Source: Basidiobolus meristosporus CBS 931.73 (taxonomy: Eukaryota; Fungi; Basidiobolomycota). Taken from it: a stretch of DNA of 62,031 nucleotides. This document shows positions 13,606-27,616 of this stretch, in pieces (the first letter of the stretch is position 1; each line of letters starts with the position of its first letter). The stretch covers positions 1-62,031 of the forward strand of contig MCFE01000524.1 of assembly GCA_002104905.1 (NCBI GenBank). The letters are read 5' to 3'. The position numbers and the translations under genes were made by a program. Under the pieces are notes generated by a model. It did not search any database and was not told where the DNA came from. It saw only the letters and a program-made list of their open reading frames with translations.

Positions 13606-13804
13606 AATAGTCCCCCTTATAGGTACACTGCGGTTCTTGTTTGTGTGAATTCCATATTGAATGGTGTAAATATTGGCTTGTACTCCAGTGGTAAAGTTGT
13701 CCTAATAAGAATTAGTTACTTGTTGTGTCCAACCCAACTATGTGTTACTTAACTGATTACCCACATATTGGGGCTGCATAGCTTCTTGATGCCACAGGCA
13801 TAGG

Positions 13805-14182
13805 TGTCTCCATGGTCTCTCTAAGCTTTGTAGGTAATGATCCAAATGACTAAGCTAGGTGAATACTTAGGTGCAAATAAAACTTTACAGTATTGTTCAC
13901 TGAATGGTTCACTGAATGCAATAGCAATGTTTATGTTTTGACATGGTCTTGGTCACACAAGCACATAGAATATGGCTAGGAAGGTCCCAAGAATATGTAT
14001 TCAAGGTTTGGGGCTGTTTGGATCACTTTGATTTTCTTCATTTCCTGGGTATTTGATGGTTTGGTGAAAATATTCCAAGTAAATCCTGACAAAGAATTTG
14101 GCCAGAATTTTCCAAGATTTGTAGACTTTGATCTGACCAACTAAGGTAGGTGGCTACATAGGTATAATCACAAAGTTTACAA
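13805..14182 (-). repeat. Diverged Copia LTR fragments
   Basis: Two partial matches (about 13805-13890 and 13935-14182) to the Copia LTR, e.g. GGAAGGTCCCAAG and GGTGAAAATATTCCAAGTAAATCCTGAC. Confidence 0.7.
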
Positions 14183-15336
14183 GTGGGAGTGGTCAGCCAA
14201 GTTTAAGAATATTTTATACTCTGCTATATATTATGCAGCATAATAAAAAGGCTGCTAAAGGATATTAAAGGTATATCAAAGTTGTACTACTGCAATATAT
14301 AAGGATATCCCAAGCAGCTCAAATTAAATGGTTAACTTTTCAGGCCAGAATCAGGTGTATAGTTATCAGTTGCTATTTCACTAGGAAAGTTGTGTAGGTT
14401 AGTTTAGCTAATGTGGTTCACTACCCAACTGATGTAATGAGTGTATAAATACTAATCAAACCATTAGACTTATAGGCCCAAGTATAGTAGACAACATTAA
14501 TGCTTAGTAGCCAGAAGTTTTGCATTGACTGGGAGAGCTGTGGAGTATGAATTGGTGCCAAGAGATTGATAGCATCTTGGTACATTAGATCCTAATGTCC
14601 AGCTCCTGGAACAAACCAGGCCCCCAGGTTCTGGGGACCTTTCCAAATACCTTTTGCTCACTTTCAAAATATTAATCCAACTTATACATAGGGAATGCAG
14701 AAAAGAAGACCTCTTCAGCAACTGTGCTTACATTCCAGATGGGCTGCATTAGCATTTGGCCAGAGTGGAACCTGCCAAACAATGGAGAACTATTGGGAAT
14801 CACCTTGGGAACTTGGGAAAAGTGCTACAGTAGGAGTTGGTCAAAGCAGGGTATTTGCATCCTCTCCAAGCACCGCCAACTCTTGAGAATTGATGAATAG
14901 ACCCCACAGGTAGTCCCCAAGCCCGTATTGACTGGGCACATAATTAAGGACCAGATTTGGTATACTGCATCATGGATACAAATATTCCTTCAGGTGATAG
15001 ATATGGGACTGTACCCCAAACACCCGCTTCAGCCCAGTGGACAATAATGCGATGGAACCCTGACCAATCAGATCACAACGGTTTATTGAATCCCAACTAT
15101 CGGACAAGGTGAACAGAGACACAGAGTAAACAAGCTTGGCGTGGCCGTATATAGCCTGGCACCGCATTCGGTAGGAAATGAAGTTTGCCGAGCTTGTCGA
15201 AGTTGGCTAGGTCACAAATAAACTGGAGCACCATCCAATCCATTCCAGTAGGACCAGAGGATCCGTTATACAAGGGATGTTGGGGTCTAGGGCCCAAGAT
15301 GAATGTGGACCTTTGTGTTCAAGCGACCTGCAAAAT

Positions 15337-18127
15337 TCACCAAAAGTTCCTGGGCGGTGCACGGCCTCGTCTGCTGTCTCCGCGAGTGGGGGAGTCTCTA
15401 GATTGGTCTGGAGAAGTCGTGTCGCGATCTAATAGCAAGCAATCTTCGTCATCATCCTCAAAGCTCAGTCGTATGTCGTCAGGCTCTGAAGAGTCCGGGT
15501 TTGATGTTGAAAGTCTGGAGAAATGTTCCCCTCTGTTGGATGGTCTACGGGTCCAGCTAGTTATTGATTTGAGGAAACGGTTGACAACGCCCTCCCGAGG
15601 AGAGGCCGAAGTCCTGCTTGGAGCGGCTGTCGGCCGTTGATGGCTTGGCGCTGCCCTTGACTGGAATGACGAGATTAGCCACATAGAAGCAGAACCGGCC
15701 AACCTAGTAAGTATATATCTATACCTCTACTCTACGCCCGTCTAATGAAGTCCTTTGTTCGCCCCTCTGCAACTTCCGTTCAACAGCTGACCTGGCTTTG
15801 GAAAGGGTGAGATTTCCTCACATCAAATGGCCCTGAACGGGACTGAATGTAAATATCGGCTACCTTCAAGAATCAATTGTCTACCCTCCTCCATGTCGGC
15901 TGAACCGAGATCTCCCTCGTCGTCTTCGAAGTAGCTACCAACGCTGAATGCCCCCAACACACGGCCATGAATATTGAATAGAGTGATCAATACCGGAAGC
16001 AGTATGAGAAGAGGAACCCAGTTGTTGAATTGCTCTCCTAGCAGCGGTGTGAGGTTGATGATCCCCATGAACTGGTGGCGAAACAATTGATTAGCTCAGC
16101 GGCTGATAGATTGCGACTGCAGCATACCTTGGAGAAGACCGTGTCCCTACGATGGGTGATATTCAAATAGTTATAGCATAGCGGGTAGCTAAAGAAGGAA
16201 CCAAATCAGTCAGCACCCAAAGAGCCCATGTAGCACAAGCAACGCTTACGTCAAGCGGCAAAGATAGCCACCAAAGAACAGCAAGCTGCCTTCGTTGGTA
16301 TTCTGGTTTGGAACCAGGGCGTACAAGTTGAAAATCTTCAGCTTAAATAAGCTTGTGTACGCGCAGATACACATGTAGGCGATCGTGAAAAATGAGATCC
16401 ACTGTGGAAAGAAACGTTGAGTCCGATTGAAAACATGGACGCGATGAAGACTTGCTAACCTCCAGTACTCCTTGGGTGTTTTCGGCTGCTCGAGAAACCA
16501 GCCCAAAGATTGACAACACCGGCTTGGTCGACATGAAAGTGATCTCAGACCAGACTAGTGATATACTCAAGATAGCAGTGACGATGCTGAGAATGCGGCA
16601 CAGGGATGGCTGCAGGCGGATATACCACCACCACACTACAACTCACTGGTTACTTCCACGGTCATCCATGACGAATTAGCAGTTTGGTAGGTGCTTACTT
16701 AAAGTCCGCTTAAAATCGTCATGACTTCCGTTTGTCAAGGGTCGAACGGTGGAATGGAATCGCTTGTCGGAGCTGCTCTCATTCTCCAGGATGTCTTGCA
16801 GCAAGAAGGCTCTCTTGAGGTGGAACTCCCATTGACTTTGCATGGTAATGTGGTAATACGATCAGCCATGGCTTCAAGATGCGCGTCTGCGCGAATGAAA
16901 CAAACCTTGCACAGCGGTTACTTTGGCGAACAGCACGGATCACTTGGCGGTGGAGGTTGTTTAGATATTTAAGGTTGATCTCTCGCGAACTATACCCATG
17001 CATCTCCGCGTCGGTGGTTTGTAAAGCGGAAGGACACTGGGATAGCAAATGATGAGAAGGGCGATACTAATCTCCACCGTTTTTTATGGGTTATTCACCT
17101 TTTCGATGATTTGATCGACATACGGTCTCAGCTCACTATTACGCTGGACCTCATGGTTGACCCAGTTGATTGCCTAGAATTCACTCCGGAAAATGGAGAC
17201 TTTTTAGTGAATGAGGTCAAAGCAGGTCATATCACTTCTGACATACCCTCATAACTTCTTGGAGCTCTAGATTGGCGTCGTATGAGTTGTCTTTTAGCTC
17301 TGTCGCTTTTACCTCAGCAATCCTGAGGGCTCGTCTACGGTTCCCACATTTCCATAAATTTCTTGGGATCTCCACCAGCCCATGACCCATGAACAACATC
17401 ACAAGGACCATACCCCAGGAGTTGGCAGCGGCCATGATGAAAGCACGTAACTCTTCCCTGGTTCAACACAGAAGGATGAGTTTCCCTGGCGGCAGGAAAG
17501 GAACAGGCGCCGCTTTTGAACAGGAAAAGGAACAAACCATTTTCGAACTCTTCCGGAGCTCACGATATAGATGAGGGCCACGAAACCAACGGAACCAAGG
17601 ATCCCGTAGTAAACAAGGTTGGATTTCACCGAGCCGCGGAATTTTTGTCGGAAAGTGAAGCCCCCGGAGAGCACATATGATTGCATCAGGGGAATGGCGA
17701 ACCTAGGGTTGGACAGGATCAGTATATGCTGAGGGAGTACACGTCAAGAAGCTTCGAGAGTTCCACCAGGTCAAACAGAACATGGTCCAATAAACAGTAC
17801 GCCAAAGACCGCGCAATACCGATTCAGATAAGTAGGCGAACGATTGTTCGCAGTTTCTGTCCTGGTGGCCTTGGCATAGGGTCTGTTGTGTAAGAGGAGG
17901 TTATTGTAAGGGACAAAATTCACCTCGAGTGGCAAGCAAAAAACCCATATTACCGAAGAGATGTCAAAGGGGACAAGAAACATAATGGATAAGGGAAACG
18001 TCCAGCTAACAAAAGCGGCCAACTTCACATACCAGGGGCATGTTTTTCTGTTTCCATAATAGCTGATCAACGAAAACGAAATGACAGAAACTATTCCAAA
18101 ACAAAAGGGCACTATGAACCAAGCCAT
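15337..18127 (-). CDS. LMBR1-family (LMBRD2-like) multipass membrane protein, multi-exon; last exon boundary uncertain
   Basis: ATG at 18127. Exonic motifs include FPLSIMFLVPFDISS, SYVLSGGFTFRQK, LFMGHGLVEIPRNLW, YTSLFKLKIFNLYAL and LTPLLGEQFNNWVP, with GT-AG introns between them. Confidence 0.85.
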
Positions 18128-18690
18128 GTTCTAGTCAACGGTTCACAGCAGGGAGGTGGGGTTGGCAAACGTAGATGACGGATAGCGGAACGAAGGTTTA
18201 CGAATTGACAAGTTAGGAGCAAAGTACGAACGAGCACAGGTTGTCAATGAGAGCGATTGAAAATGCATTCAACAACGTTGGCAAGCAACCAAACACAATT
18301 CCAAGCGGCGCATATGCAAATCTCAGCCAGAATCAACATACGTATCTGATTTGGAATACCCGAGATCATAGTATCCAAGGGAATTCGATATTTGTTATGC
18401 TGAAGCCCTGCAGGCAAAATATCGAGATGCACAATCAACACTTGAACAACCAAAGGTACATGTAGGAATATCAATTATAGAAATATATGTATTTTAGAAG
18501 GAATTCTGGAATTTTCAATCAGTGGCTTGAAACAAATACTATATATATAATACTCAAAACTTTCTTGCATTTGTGTCGATGATGGTAACTAGTTGATAGC
18601 CAGAATATCTCACATTCAACATGACGGTATGAACTGCTGTACATTACTTCGGGCTGCTCGACAAGTGCTTTCCCTTTTCTCAGGAGGCAG

Positions 18691-19984
18691 TTAGAATAGT
18701 CCATCGAAGTCGTCCCATTCGTCTACAAATGCAGTTAGTGTGAGACAAGGAATCCATGAGCGCGTGTATGGATTTACCTTCAGTGATGCTAGACCAATAC
18801 TTGAATACAAGCCCTACGGATATTAGAATAAGCAGGCTCCCAAACATGGTTGAATCGATGTAGTGCCGGGTGCCATCATAGATTGTCTTGTTCAATAAGA
18901 AAAACACTACGTGAGCACCCACAAATGCCACCAAGGCTATGATCAGATACACTACACAGGACAGTGGGTTAGCCTATCGAATGGTCAAGGTGCATACATG
19001 AAATTCGCTTGCATACACAGAGCTCGACGTTCAGCGAGTACGCGGAAAACCAGGATTACTTGCAGTAGAACGTACAGCACAACCACTATCACGGGAAACA
19101 AAATATATAAAACGAACAATGGAACGGACACGGGATCTTGGGGATTTCCAGCGCTGAGGGCACCGGTGATTCCAAAGACAGTATCCAAACAGATATAAGT
19201 CACTGCTACTAATACTGCTATCCCGCTAAATAGAATGCTCTATAGAAAGCGGATAAGTACCATGTTTGTTATGAAGGTCAATCGATACATACATATGTTG
19301 AAGTGGGTGTCCCGTCCTCAATGAACTGAAATCCTATATCACAACGCGTTATTTCGAGTTTGGCCCCACTTTGCATACTTGCGACTTACCAACAAGGCCG
19401 TTCAAGAGTAGAACCCACAGTGCACTCACGATAAAGCCAATATGAATGGAGGTAACCCACTAACCAGCAAATGCGTTAGTGCCAGCTCGGCTCTGCACTA
19501 AGCAGATAGGAAACTCACATATAAAGCATTTCCTTTGGGTAATAGTCTCCCCAGCGAAAGAATCTCCATAATGGTGCACAGAAGATAAAAGGAAAGAAAG
19601 ATCTTCATCTCCTTTCGCCCTGCGGACATTCCGGTTAGTGAAGAATGAATGAACCATCTACACTAAAGCATCGACATACCAACAGCAGCGTATTTCTGGT
19701 GACTAAGATACCCCATATAGATGGTGCACAAGAAAGCCACAACACAAACAACAATATCGCCTACGGATAGAGTATTCAGCCGAAAGCCCACCCAACCTGA
19801 ACAGGTGTTCGGAGTACGTACCTATGTTGCCTATATTGACTCCGCCAATCTGAACGCCGGTTAGTGGGCATTCAAGCGAACCGGCTACAGGTTGCGTGCA
19901 ATCCATGGGAACTTGAAATAGGTTGCATATGGGTAATGGGGTGTTCCGACATATTGTTGTAAAGCTACCGAAAGTAAAGCCCAT
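18691..19984 (-). CDS. CHS7: Chitin synthase export chaperone Chs7 (7-TM), multi-exon
   Basis: N-terminus MGFTFGSFTTICRNTPLPIC. Later motifs LYVLLQVILVFRVL, HYIDSTMFGSLL and KYWSSITEDEWD; stop TAA at 18691 after a final intron. Confidence 0.85.
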
Positions 19985-21811
19985 ATTTACAAACCCCAGC
20001 GGCAGTTTAAGCAATTAAAGAAGCAACGAAGGACTAATTAGCAAACAGGTAAGAGGTCAAAGGCAGACGGGATTATATTTAGCTGAACAGCGTGACTGTT
20101 CGAAGAAGTAAGCCAGGTATTGGATGAGATTCTGTGTTTCGAAACCGGCAAACGAGAGAAGAAGGGATGGTTTTAAGTGGATCAGTTGGATGCAATATCT
20201 AACAATAAATGACACAACTTCGAAGCCCCACCTGCAATTAACTCCCAGCCAACAATGGGGTCACTGGGTGAACAGGACCTCAACAATACATGAGGACAGT
20301 AGCACAACAACTTTATCACTATGGTATGATTGGATTTGTGCAACATTAACCAAACAGGAAAATACAAGCCAAGCCTGAAGCGCCTGCAGAACCTTCGGAC
20401 TCATCCTCATAGGGATCAGATATTTCTTTGCTGTTGGCCAAGAATTCCCTATTGCAGATCACGCTCCTACGCCATCTGCTATCCAGCACACGGCAGTGGT
20501 GTATCGTGGCGGATAGAATCCTCCTTTGTATTCATAAAGAGGGCCTCGCACCACACCAAACAGACTAAATGCATACTACCTTAAATGGAGCCATTAATTA
20601 AAGAATATCCTACATTGCAAACAACATATCATTGGCTCGTGGTAGCTTGATTTGACGATGGGTCTCACAAACCATTTAAGATCTACAAATCGACTCTATC
20701 ATCAACATGGTTAAGATTGAGGGAGCATGACAGATCAGTATTTGGTGTAGATTAAAATAGCCAAAAGGACCCATCACACGTCTGCGCACTAGCCTATTAC
20801 CAAGCGTTGGGAGCAAGTCAACTGAGGATTACAATCCTGGGCACGTGAACTCCTGGCGTGTAATACTGTAATTCTTATAGCAGTAGTGATTTCAGATGGC
20901 CACCAACTCCGTTGCTTCCAATGATAATTGATAAAAGCATTTGAGGTCTGTGGTCAGCACTCTGAAATCTGAGCTACACCTGAGCTCATCCAAGTAACAT
21001 TACAGGATACTTTCCAGCCAAGCGTGAGAAAACGTGCTGAATTTCACAATGATGCTATTGAAAGGCAGATGGTTGCTTGGACGTGTGCTTGTTACTCACA
21101 AGATGCGTGCCCTGTGGTCCCGATGTCTTCACGATCCAATGTCTTGTGTGTGCATATTTGAGACCCAAAAGGATATAGATGGATTCGCTGCAACAGTGCT
21201 TTTCGAACTGAGGGTGTTTAGATATACCAGATACATCCGCCGCCAGCCGTCTTTTCAATCTCCCGAGGCAGCGCCATGACAAACTTCCTCCGCTGCCAGC
21301 TGTGTATTAGTGCTGACAGATCAAGATACAATTCAGGGTGTGAAAAATCGGTTTCCACGCCTCTCTCGAACAAGCCACCTGGTACAATCGGTAATTTAAC
21401 TATCCGGGTTGAGTTTCAACTGGTTTTCTCAAATAGTATCTACACCTAACTGCTTTCAGGCCAGGTCGGTATAGTTCCGCCGGATGATAGCAGACGATGA
21501 CACTCATCCCGAGGGTGCTGGCCTCGACGCCTCAATCGATCAGCGAAAGTCACACCATGGTGAACAAATGGCTAGCCGCGTCCTATCACGTGACCAGAGG
21601 GGGGGTCCATTTATCTCAACATTATGGTAACCGTCAGGCAGGCGATTTTTTCCATCAGAGCACTGACGAGTAAAAAATCCCTTGATGAAATTCATGAAAA
21701 AAGAAAAAAAATTGCGACCACCTTTTTCTCTTTGAAATAGATCATCCACTGGGATAGTCGGCCAGGACATACTCAGTTACAAATCACACCATACCATAGC
21801 GACTCTCGACA

Positions 21812-24645
21812 ATGGTGAAAAAAGAGAAACCGGTGAAACCCAAAGCGAAACAACCCTACTACAAGGTGAAAAAGGCGGAGGATACCTCGGATTACGAGGA
21901 GGTTAGCCAAGACGACGATAGTGATGTTGAAACCCCAAATATCGCCAGTGCTCTGGTGCCAACTGGAGGTGCTCTGTTGGACGATGGGTTCGAGGATTTG
22001 GACGAGGAGGAGAGTTTCATCGCTAAGCAGAACCAGGCGGCCAATAAAAAGAGAAAGAAGTCTGGCGGTTTCCAATCCATGGGTTTGTTGGTTTGTTTCT
22101 GTTCCATCCACGGCTCCGTACTTACTGATTTGTGCTAGGCTTGAGTTATCCTATTTATAAGGCGATTCTTCACAAGGGATTCAAAGTCCCAACTCCTATC
22201 CAGCGTAAGACCGTCCCGATCATCATGGAAGGGAAGGACGTGGTGGGTATGGCCCGTACTGGTTCCGGTAAAACCGCCGCGTTCTTGATTCCGTTGCTGG
22301 AGAAACTGAAGAGTCACTCGGCCAAGGTAAATCGGTTTTGGACGAAAGATTTTTCTCGGAACAGTCAACTGAACCGACACCTAGGTTGGCGCTAGAGCCA
22401 TTGTACTTTCCCCATCAAGAGAACTGGCTATGCAGACCCAAAAGGTCGCCAAGGAGCTCGGCAAATACACTGATTTGCGAAGCTGTATAATCGTTGGTGG
22501 TGACAATATGGAAGATCAGTTCCAGATGCTTGCTGCGAATCCCGATATGTAAGGAGATTTAACCAAAGGTTCTATTCGCCAGCAACTAACGTGTTGATGT
22601 TGCAGTATCATTGCCACCCCCGGTCGTTTGCTGCATTTGATCGTTGAGATGGAATACGATCTCAAGTCAGTCGAGTACATTGTGTTTGATGAAGCCGATC
22701 GGTAAGTGGGTCACTATAATCAGAGGCATCCTACGAAGGTACTCACGCTAGTTCCCCCAGTCTTTTTGAGATGGGCTTTTCGGTCCAACTCCACGAAATC
22801 CTCAGCCGTCTTCCCGCCTCCCGCCAAACCCTTCTTTTCTCCGCCACATTGCCCAAGCTGTTGGTGGATTTTGCCAAGGCTGGCCTTCAATCCCCTACCC
22901 TCGTCAGATTGGATGCTGATACCAAGATCAGCAAGGACTTGGAGATGGCATTTTTCTCCATCAAGCATGAGGAGAAGGAAGCCTCCCTCTTACTGCTGCT
23001 TCGTGACGTGATCAAGACGCAGAAGATCACCTCGGCCTTGAAGTATACCGACAAAAAGTTCAAGATCGAGGACCTCCACCAAACGATCATCTTCGTGTCA
23101 ACCAAGCATCATGTCGAATATCTGAACGCCATCCTCACCAAGGCCGGCTATGCCGTTTCCTACATTTATGGTTCGCTCGATCAAACAGCTAGAAAGATTC
23201 AGATCAATGACTTCAGACTGGGAAAGACCAGCATCCTGGTGGTGACCGACGTCGCGGCTCGTGGTATCGATATTCCAGTCCTGGAGAACGTAATCAACTA
23301 CGACTTCGTCGACAGCAGCAAGGTTTTCATCCATCGTGTGGGAAGAGTTGCGCGTGCCGGTCGACGTGGTTGGGCCTACTCGCTGGTAACCAACGAGGAG
23401 CTCCCTTACCTGTTGGATTTACAGCTCTTCCTCGATCGACAACTCTTGATTGGGCAAAAGGAGTCCACCAGCGTGGACTATACTCAGAGTCTTGTCATCG
23501 GCAGCTTGCCAAGAAACCTGCTTGAAATCAGCCTTGAATGGATCCAAAACGTGCTCCATGACGACCTCAACATTTCAGCTCTGCTTCAGGTTTCGAAGAA
23601 CGGATACAAGCTATACTGTAAATCTAGACCATCCGCAGCCCCCGAATCCTACAAGAGAGCCAAGGACGTCATCAGTACACCCGGGTTTAGTGACATCCAC
23701 CCTATTCTCAGAGAAGCGGCAGGTGACGAGGAGCAAGAGCGTCTCAACATGATCAACAAAATCTCCGGCTTCAGACCGCACGAAACCATCTTCGAGATCG
23801 GAAATCGTGGAACCAAGAAAGCCAGCGAAGCAGCCATCATCATGAAAAAGAGACGTACCATTGTGGACAACGTGATCGAGGCGAAGAAGGCCGATGTCGC
23901 CAAATCCCGCATGAATCAAGAACTGGCAGTGCCCGCGAAGAAGAAGGTTGACGAGGTGAATGAGGATGAGCTTGTGCAGATCTTTGACACGCCGAAGAAA
24001 TCCAAGAAATCCTTCCGTGACGAGGAATACTACATGTCCTATACTCAAACGGATGCCAACACCGAGAAGGGCTATTCCATGACACAGCCCGGCTCCTTCG
24101 CTGAGCAGGCACAATCGGCCGTACTGGATCTCCAGGGTGATGAACGTGACACCATGCAGGCCAAGAAGAACCAGCTTCGTTGGGATTCCAAGAAGAAGAA
24201 CTTTGTTCGTGGCAGCGGCATCGGTGCCGACAACAAGAAGCTCATCACCACCGAAAATGGTACCAAGCTGCCTGCATCCTACAAAAGTGGTAGTTTCTTG
24301 GATTGGCAGAAGAAGAACCGTGTTCACATGCCACGCATCGGAGAACAGGAGGTATCAGGGGGCAAATTTGCCAACAAGCGATTCAAGCACAACAAAATCA
24401 CCACACCCAAGAAGCTGGATCCCCTCTCTGTCAACTACGAGAAGAAACTCCAAAAGAGGAAAAAGGACCCCGAGGAGAGTACTCAGCAAGGCCACAAGCG
24501 TCGTGTTGGCACCAACGTTAAAGGGGAGCTTAAATCGGTGGACCAAATCCGTAAACAGCGCGAGCTCAAGGAGAAGAGACGGCAAAAGACGGGTCGCCAC
24601 AACAAGGGAGGAGGCAAGGCGAAGAAAGGAAAGGGTAGAAAATAA
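21812..24645 (+). CDS. DBP10: DEAD-box RNA helicase Dbp10/DDX54, 5 exons
   Basis: Q motif (GGFQSMGL...PTPIQ), motif I (ARTGSGKT), DEAD, SAT and HRVGRVAR; C-terminal DBP10CT ([11 protein letters not shown]). Four GT-AG introns between ~22083 and 22759. Confidence 0.95.
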
Positions 24646-24964
24646 TCCGAAGATAACTCATTTTGTACAAGCTCCACAGGTGATAATAGAAAAATTATAT
24701 AGTATTCGATTCCAACTCGATAATACAAACAACGAAATAAATATGTCTTTCAACCGAAGCCCACCGGAAAACAATCCCTCATTAGCTACCGAACGAGATT
24801 TTAATTACAAGGCTATTTATATTGCGAGGAGGTTGGTTGGAGGTCAAGTGAACCATACATCGAGAGGACGCCACTTTGTCGTGGTATCGCCTTTATACAA
24901 CTACATTCTTCAATGGGACTATATTTGCCTAATAATTCTGGGCAAAAAATACTATGCTGCTGGC

Positions 24965-25321
24965 CTAAGAGTAAGCTGGATCTCTACCGAAGTTCTGGTT
25001 GCATTTTTTGCACACCAAATCTTTCTTGACGTAGCCGCAGCAGTTAGGGATTATACAAAAGCTGACGAGCAGAGTGGCATTAGTGTAATGACTACGAATC
25101 TCGTGAGTGCCTCCCTGAGGACAAGGTTGTTGGGCAAAGGGGTAATACGATGGAGGAAGGCTACTGTCGGGAACTTGGGGAGTGGAGCCTCTCACGCCTG
25201 GATAGCCATCGGTTTGTTGCGAGCCTGACTGGTTGGGGTAGGGTTGTGGGGCTTTAGATGGTGGATATGGGTCATTCATTTGGCTGTAACCTAGTTGGCG
25301 AGGGTCCTTGGTGTCGCTCAT
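24965..25321 (-). CDS. BRI3 (brain protein I3)/LITAF-like small membrane protein
   Basis: Pro/Tyr/Gln-rich N-terminus, then CPQGGTHE, a hydrophobic stretch with CC, and a CKKC pair. 118 aa, single exon. Confidence 0.65.
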   Translation of the reverse strand: MSDTKDPRQLGYSQMNDPYPPSKAPQPYPNQSGSQQTDGYPGVRGSTPQVPDSSLPPSYYPFAQQPCPQGGTHEIRSHYTNATLLVSFCIIPNCCGYVKKDLVCKKCNQNFGRDPAYS

Positions 25322-26759
25322 ATTGTAAGGAAGTGTGGGTGAGTAGAAAAGATCAGCGGGTGGAGACGAAGCCTGACACCTTTATAAGCTGCATCGGCTT
25401 TCGATAAATAATCTAGTCACTTGATGAATCATGCAGCCCATTTGTCAATCGTGTTTTCTACGAAATGTATGACTACAAGGCCATGATCGACTTATAGTTT
25501 AACAATTAGACTTATTAGTCCATGCAGCAATTGGGTTGCTGTATCATCAGCCCCAGATATATGTGGGTAACAATCAACCAGTCATGTTTGGACCACAATG
25601 CCAAGCCAACACCACCCGAACCAACTATGGAATATTCCTGGGAGGTAGCTAAGCCTAGTCTGCAGCCGCGCATCCCCACACTGTCCATGCTTGCCGACCA
25701 TTCTGAGGGCGCAATGCAGGCCGTCTGGTTGAAATTCATATGCGTGACTACCCACCGATATACATGGGCGCGGCTAGTGGCTGGAACGTCAATAAGCGTG
25801 GAACCATGGATTCCTTAGAACCTGTATTGGGCAGGTAGTGAAAGCTGGTCGAATCAGCAACACCATCCTGAAAGCTACGTCAAATTGGGAAAGCGCGGCA
25901 TGAATGTAGCTAGCGCCGTGTCAAATCTTGCCGCTGCTCCCAACGCAGTCAGTAACCACTCTACCTGAGGCCGAAGTACGGTACCTCGACAGCACTGTGC
26001 GCCCAGCAGCTCCTGAGCTGCTCGTGTGAATCTGCGCCAACCACCTTATCTCCTCAAGCTGGCTTTCCAACGCAGCTCAATATGGCAGCATTCACCAAGG
26101 TCTTCTCTGATCAGGCTGTGATGTTACATACATGACGATCCTCTGACATCTGCAGACCTAAATATATTGATCTCGGAACAAACGTGGAAGGCCGCTGATA
26201 GGAAGCAAGGTAGACAAACACCATATGAAGCAACTCGTCGACATGCCAGCGCGCTGCGAGAAATTGATTGGAATCGCGGCGACCTCCAACGTAATTCGTG
26301 GAGGCGGATGGGATTTGTGTCCCCCACTTGCTTTCCCATCCATCTGCAGACACTCGGAATGATCCGATGACGACATACTTCCAGCATATTTTTTCTTGTC
26401 GAGCACAAAGCCCTCTCCATGCAACAAAAAAGGATGCGGTTTATGATTTTGATTGAATCACTTCGATCCGACGTTGGAATGACGTAGCAGGAGCGTAATC
26501 GGATTCATCATCTTTTTCCAGTCATTAACGGTGGGGAAATAGCGGTGCTTACTTATTGGGAGGGAAGAGGCCAGCCAGCGTTTCACTTATATACTGACGG
26601 TGGAAACATCCCTCCCTCATCATTTTCCCCAAGAATTCATTGCACAAGGTTTGTCTGCCCGAGGCTTTTCATCCATTCGGCCAACGCCACCTCGACCTGG
26701 CTGCGGCCCCACCCTATCTCCACCCCACCTCCAATTAACACTGCTTTCAATCTAGCACC

Positions 26760-27032
26760 ATGGACTCCGACAACTCCGACCGCCAACACGCCCAAGAAAC
26801 CAAGGCCCAAGAGAAAAGATTAGAGAAGTTCGTTCGACAAAACGAGTCCGCCGAGTATATCCTAGACGACAAGACAAACGAGCTTTGTCGAACCCTACCC
26901 GATGGCAGACAGAACTGCTTGAAGCTTTCTCTGGACCAGAAGGAGATGTTCAGCATGATGCAGAAGTTGAACTTCTTCTGTACACTCCCGCTTGAACCAG
27001 AGAAAACCCACATCATCTGCAAGAGAGTGTGA
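26760..27032 (+). CDS. Small hypothetical protein (90 aa)
   Basis: ATG start with coding-like codon usage (C/G-ending codons) and four spaced Cys; pyrimidine-rich leader upstream. Confidence 0.65.
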   Translation: MDSDNSDRQHAQETKAQEKRLEKFVRQNESAEYILDDKTNELCRTLPDGRQNCLKLSLDQKEMFSMMQKLNFFCTLPLEPEKTHIICKRV

Positions 27033-27616
27033 GAATGGCTGTCACATATCCACCCTGTCCATACACAATAATATTCCTTTCATCTCAACCGGACCAGCTC
27101 ATCACCACTGGTCTGACCTGGCACCGACGCTTAGTTGCTAATCCCATTGATCGGAGGTTTTTCTGACCCATTCACGCATTAATCAATGATGCTTACATGA
27201 AATAAACTAGATCAAACCTCCCTATTTTGCCTGTCTCACCAGATCCATTCTGTTCGCCCGCCGCAACCCAAGCGGCCTGGCGGTTCACGGATTGCGCGCA
27301 TCGCCGTTGCACAGCCACGCAACCATGCACCACCAAGAATCTGCACTGTTGACACTTTAAAATAGCCACAAACAATAGCACAATTGCGGTGTTAATTTAG
27401 ACGTCATTAGTCGTAAATATAGCCAGTTCAGAGCAACCTGCAGATATGGAACATTGGCGGTTGATCGATTGTTGTGTTTATATATCAATGGGATGACCGG
27501 ATGGAAAATTCTGGCGAGCTTACAAGCACGAACTTCTCCTCTCCTCTCCATCACTAGCCATTACCTCCGATATAAACCGCAAAGCCGAGTTTCTCTACCT
27601 TGAAACCAACTCGACC

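Noticed and set aside
25800-26430. GC-rich minus-strand stretch with protein-like pieces in several frames
   Set aside because: No consistent exon chain or recognisable motif; left unannotated.
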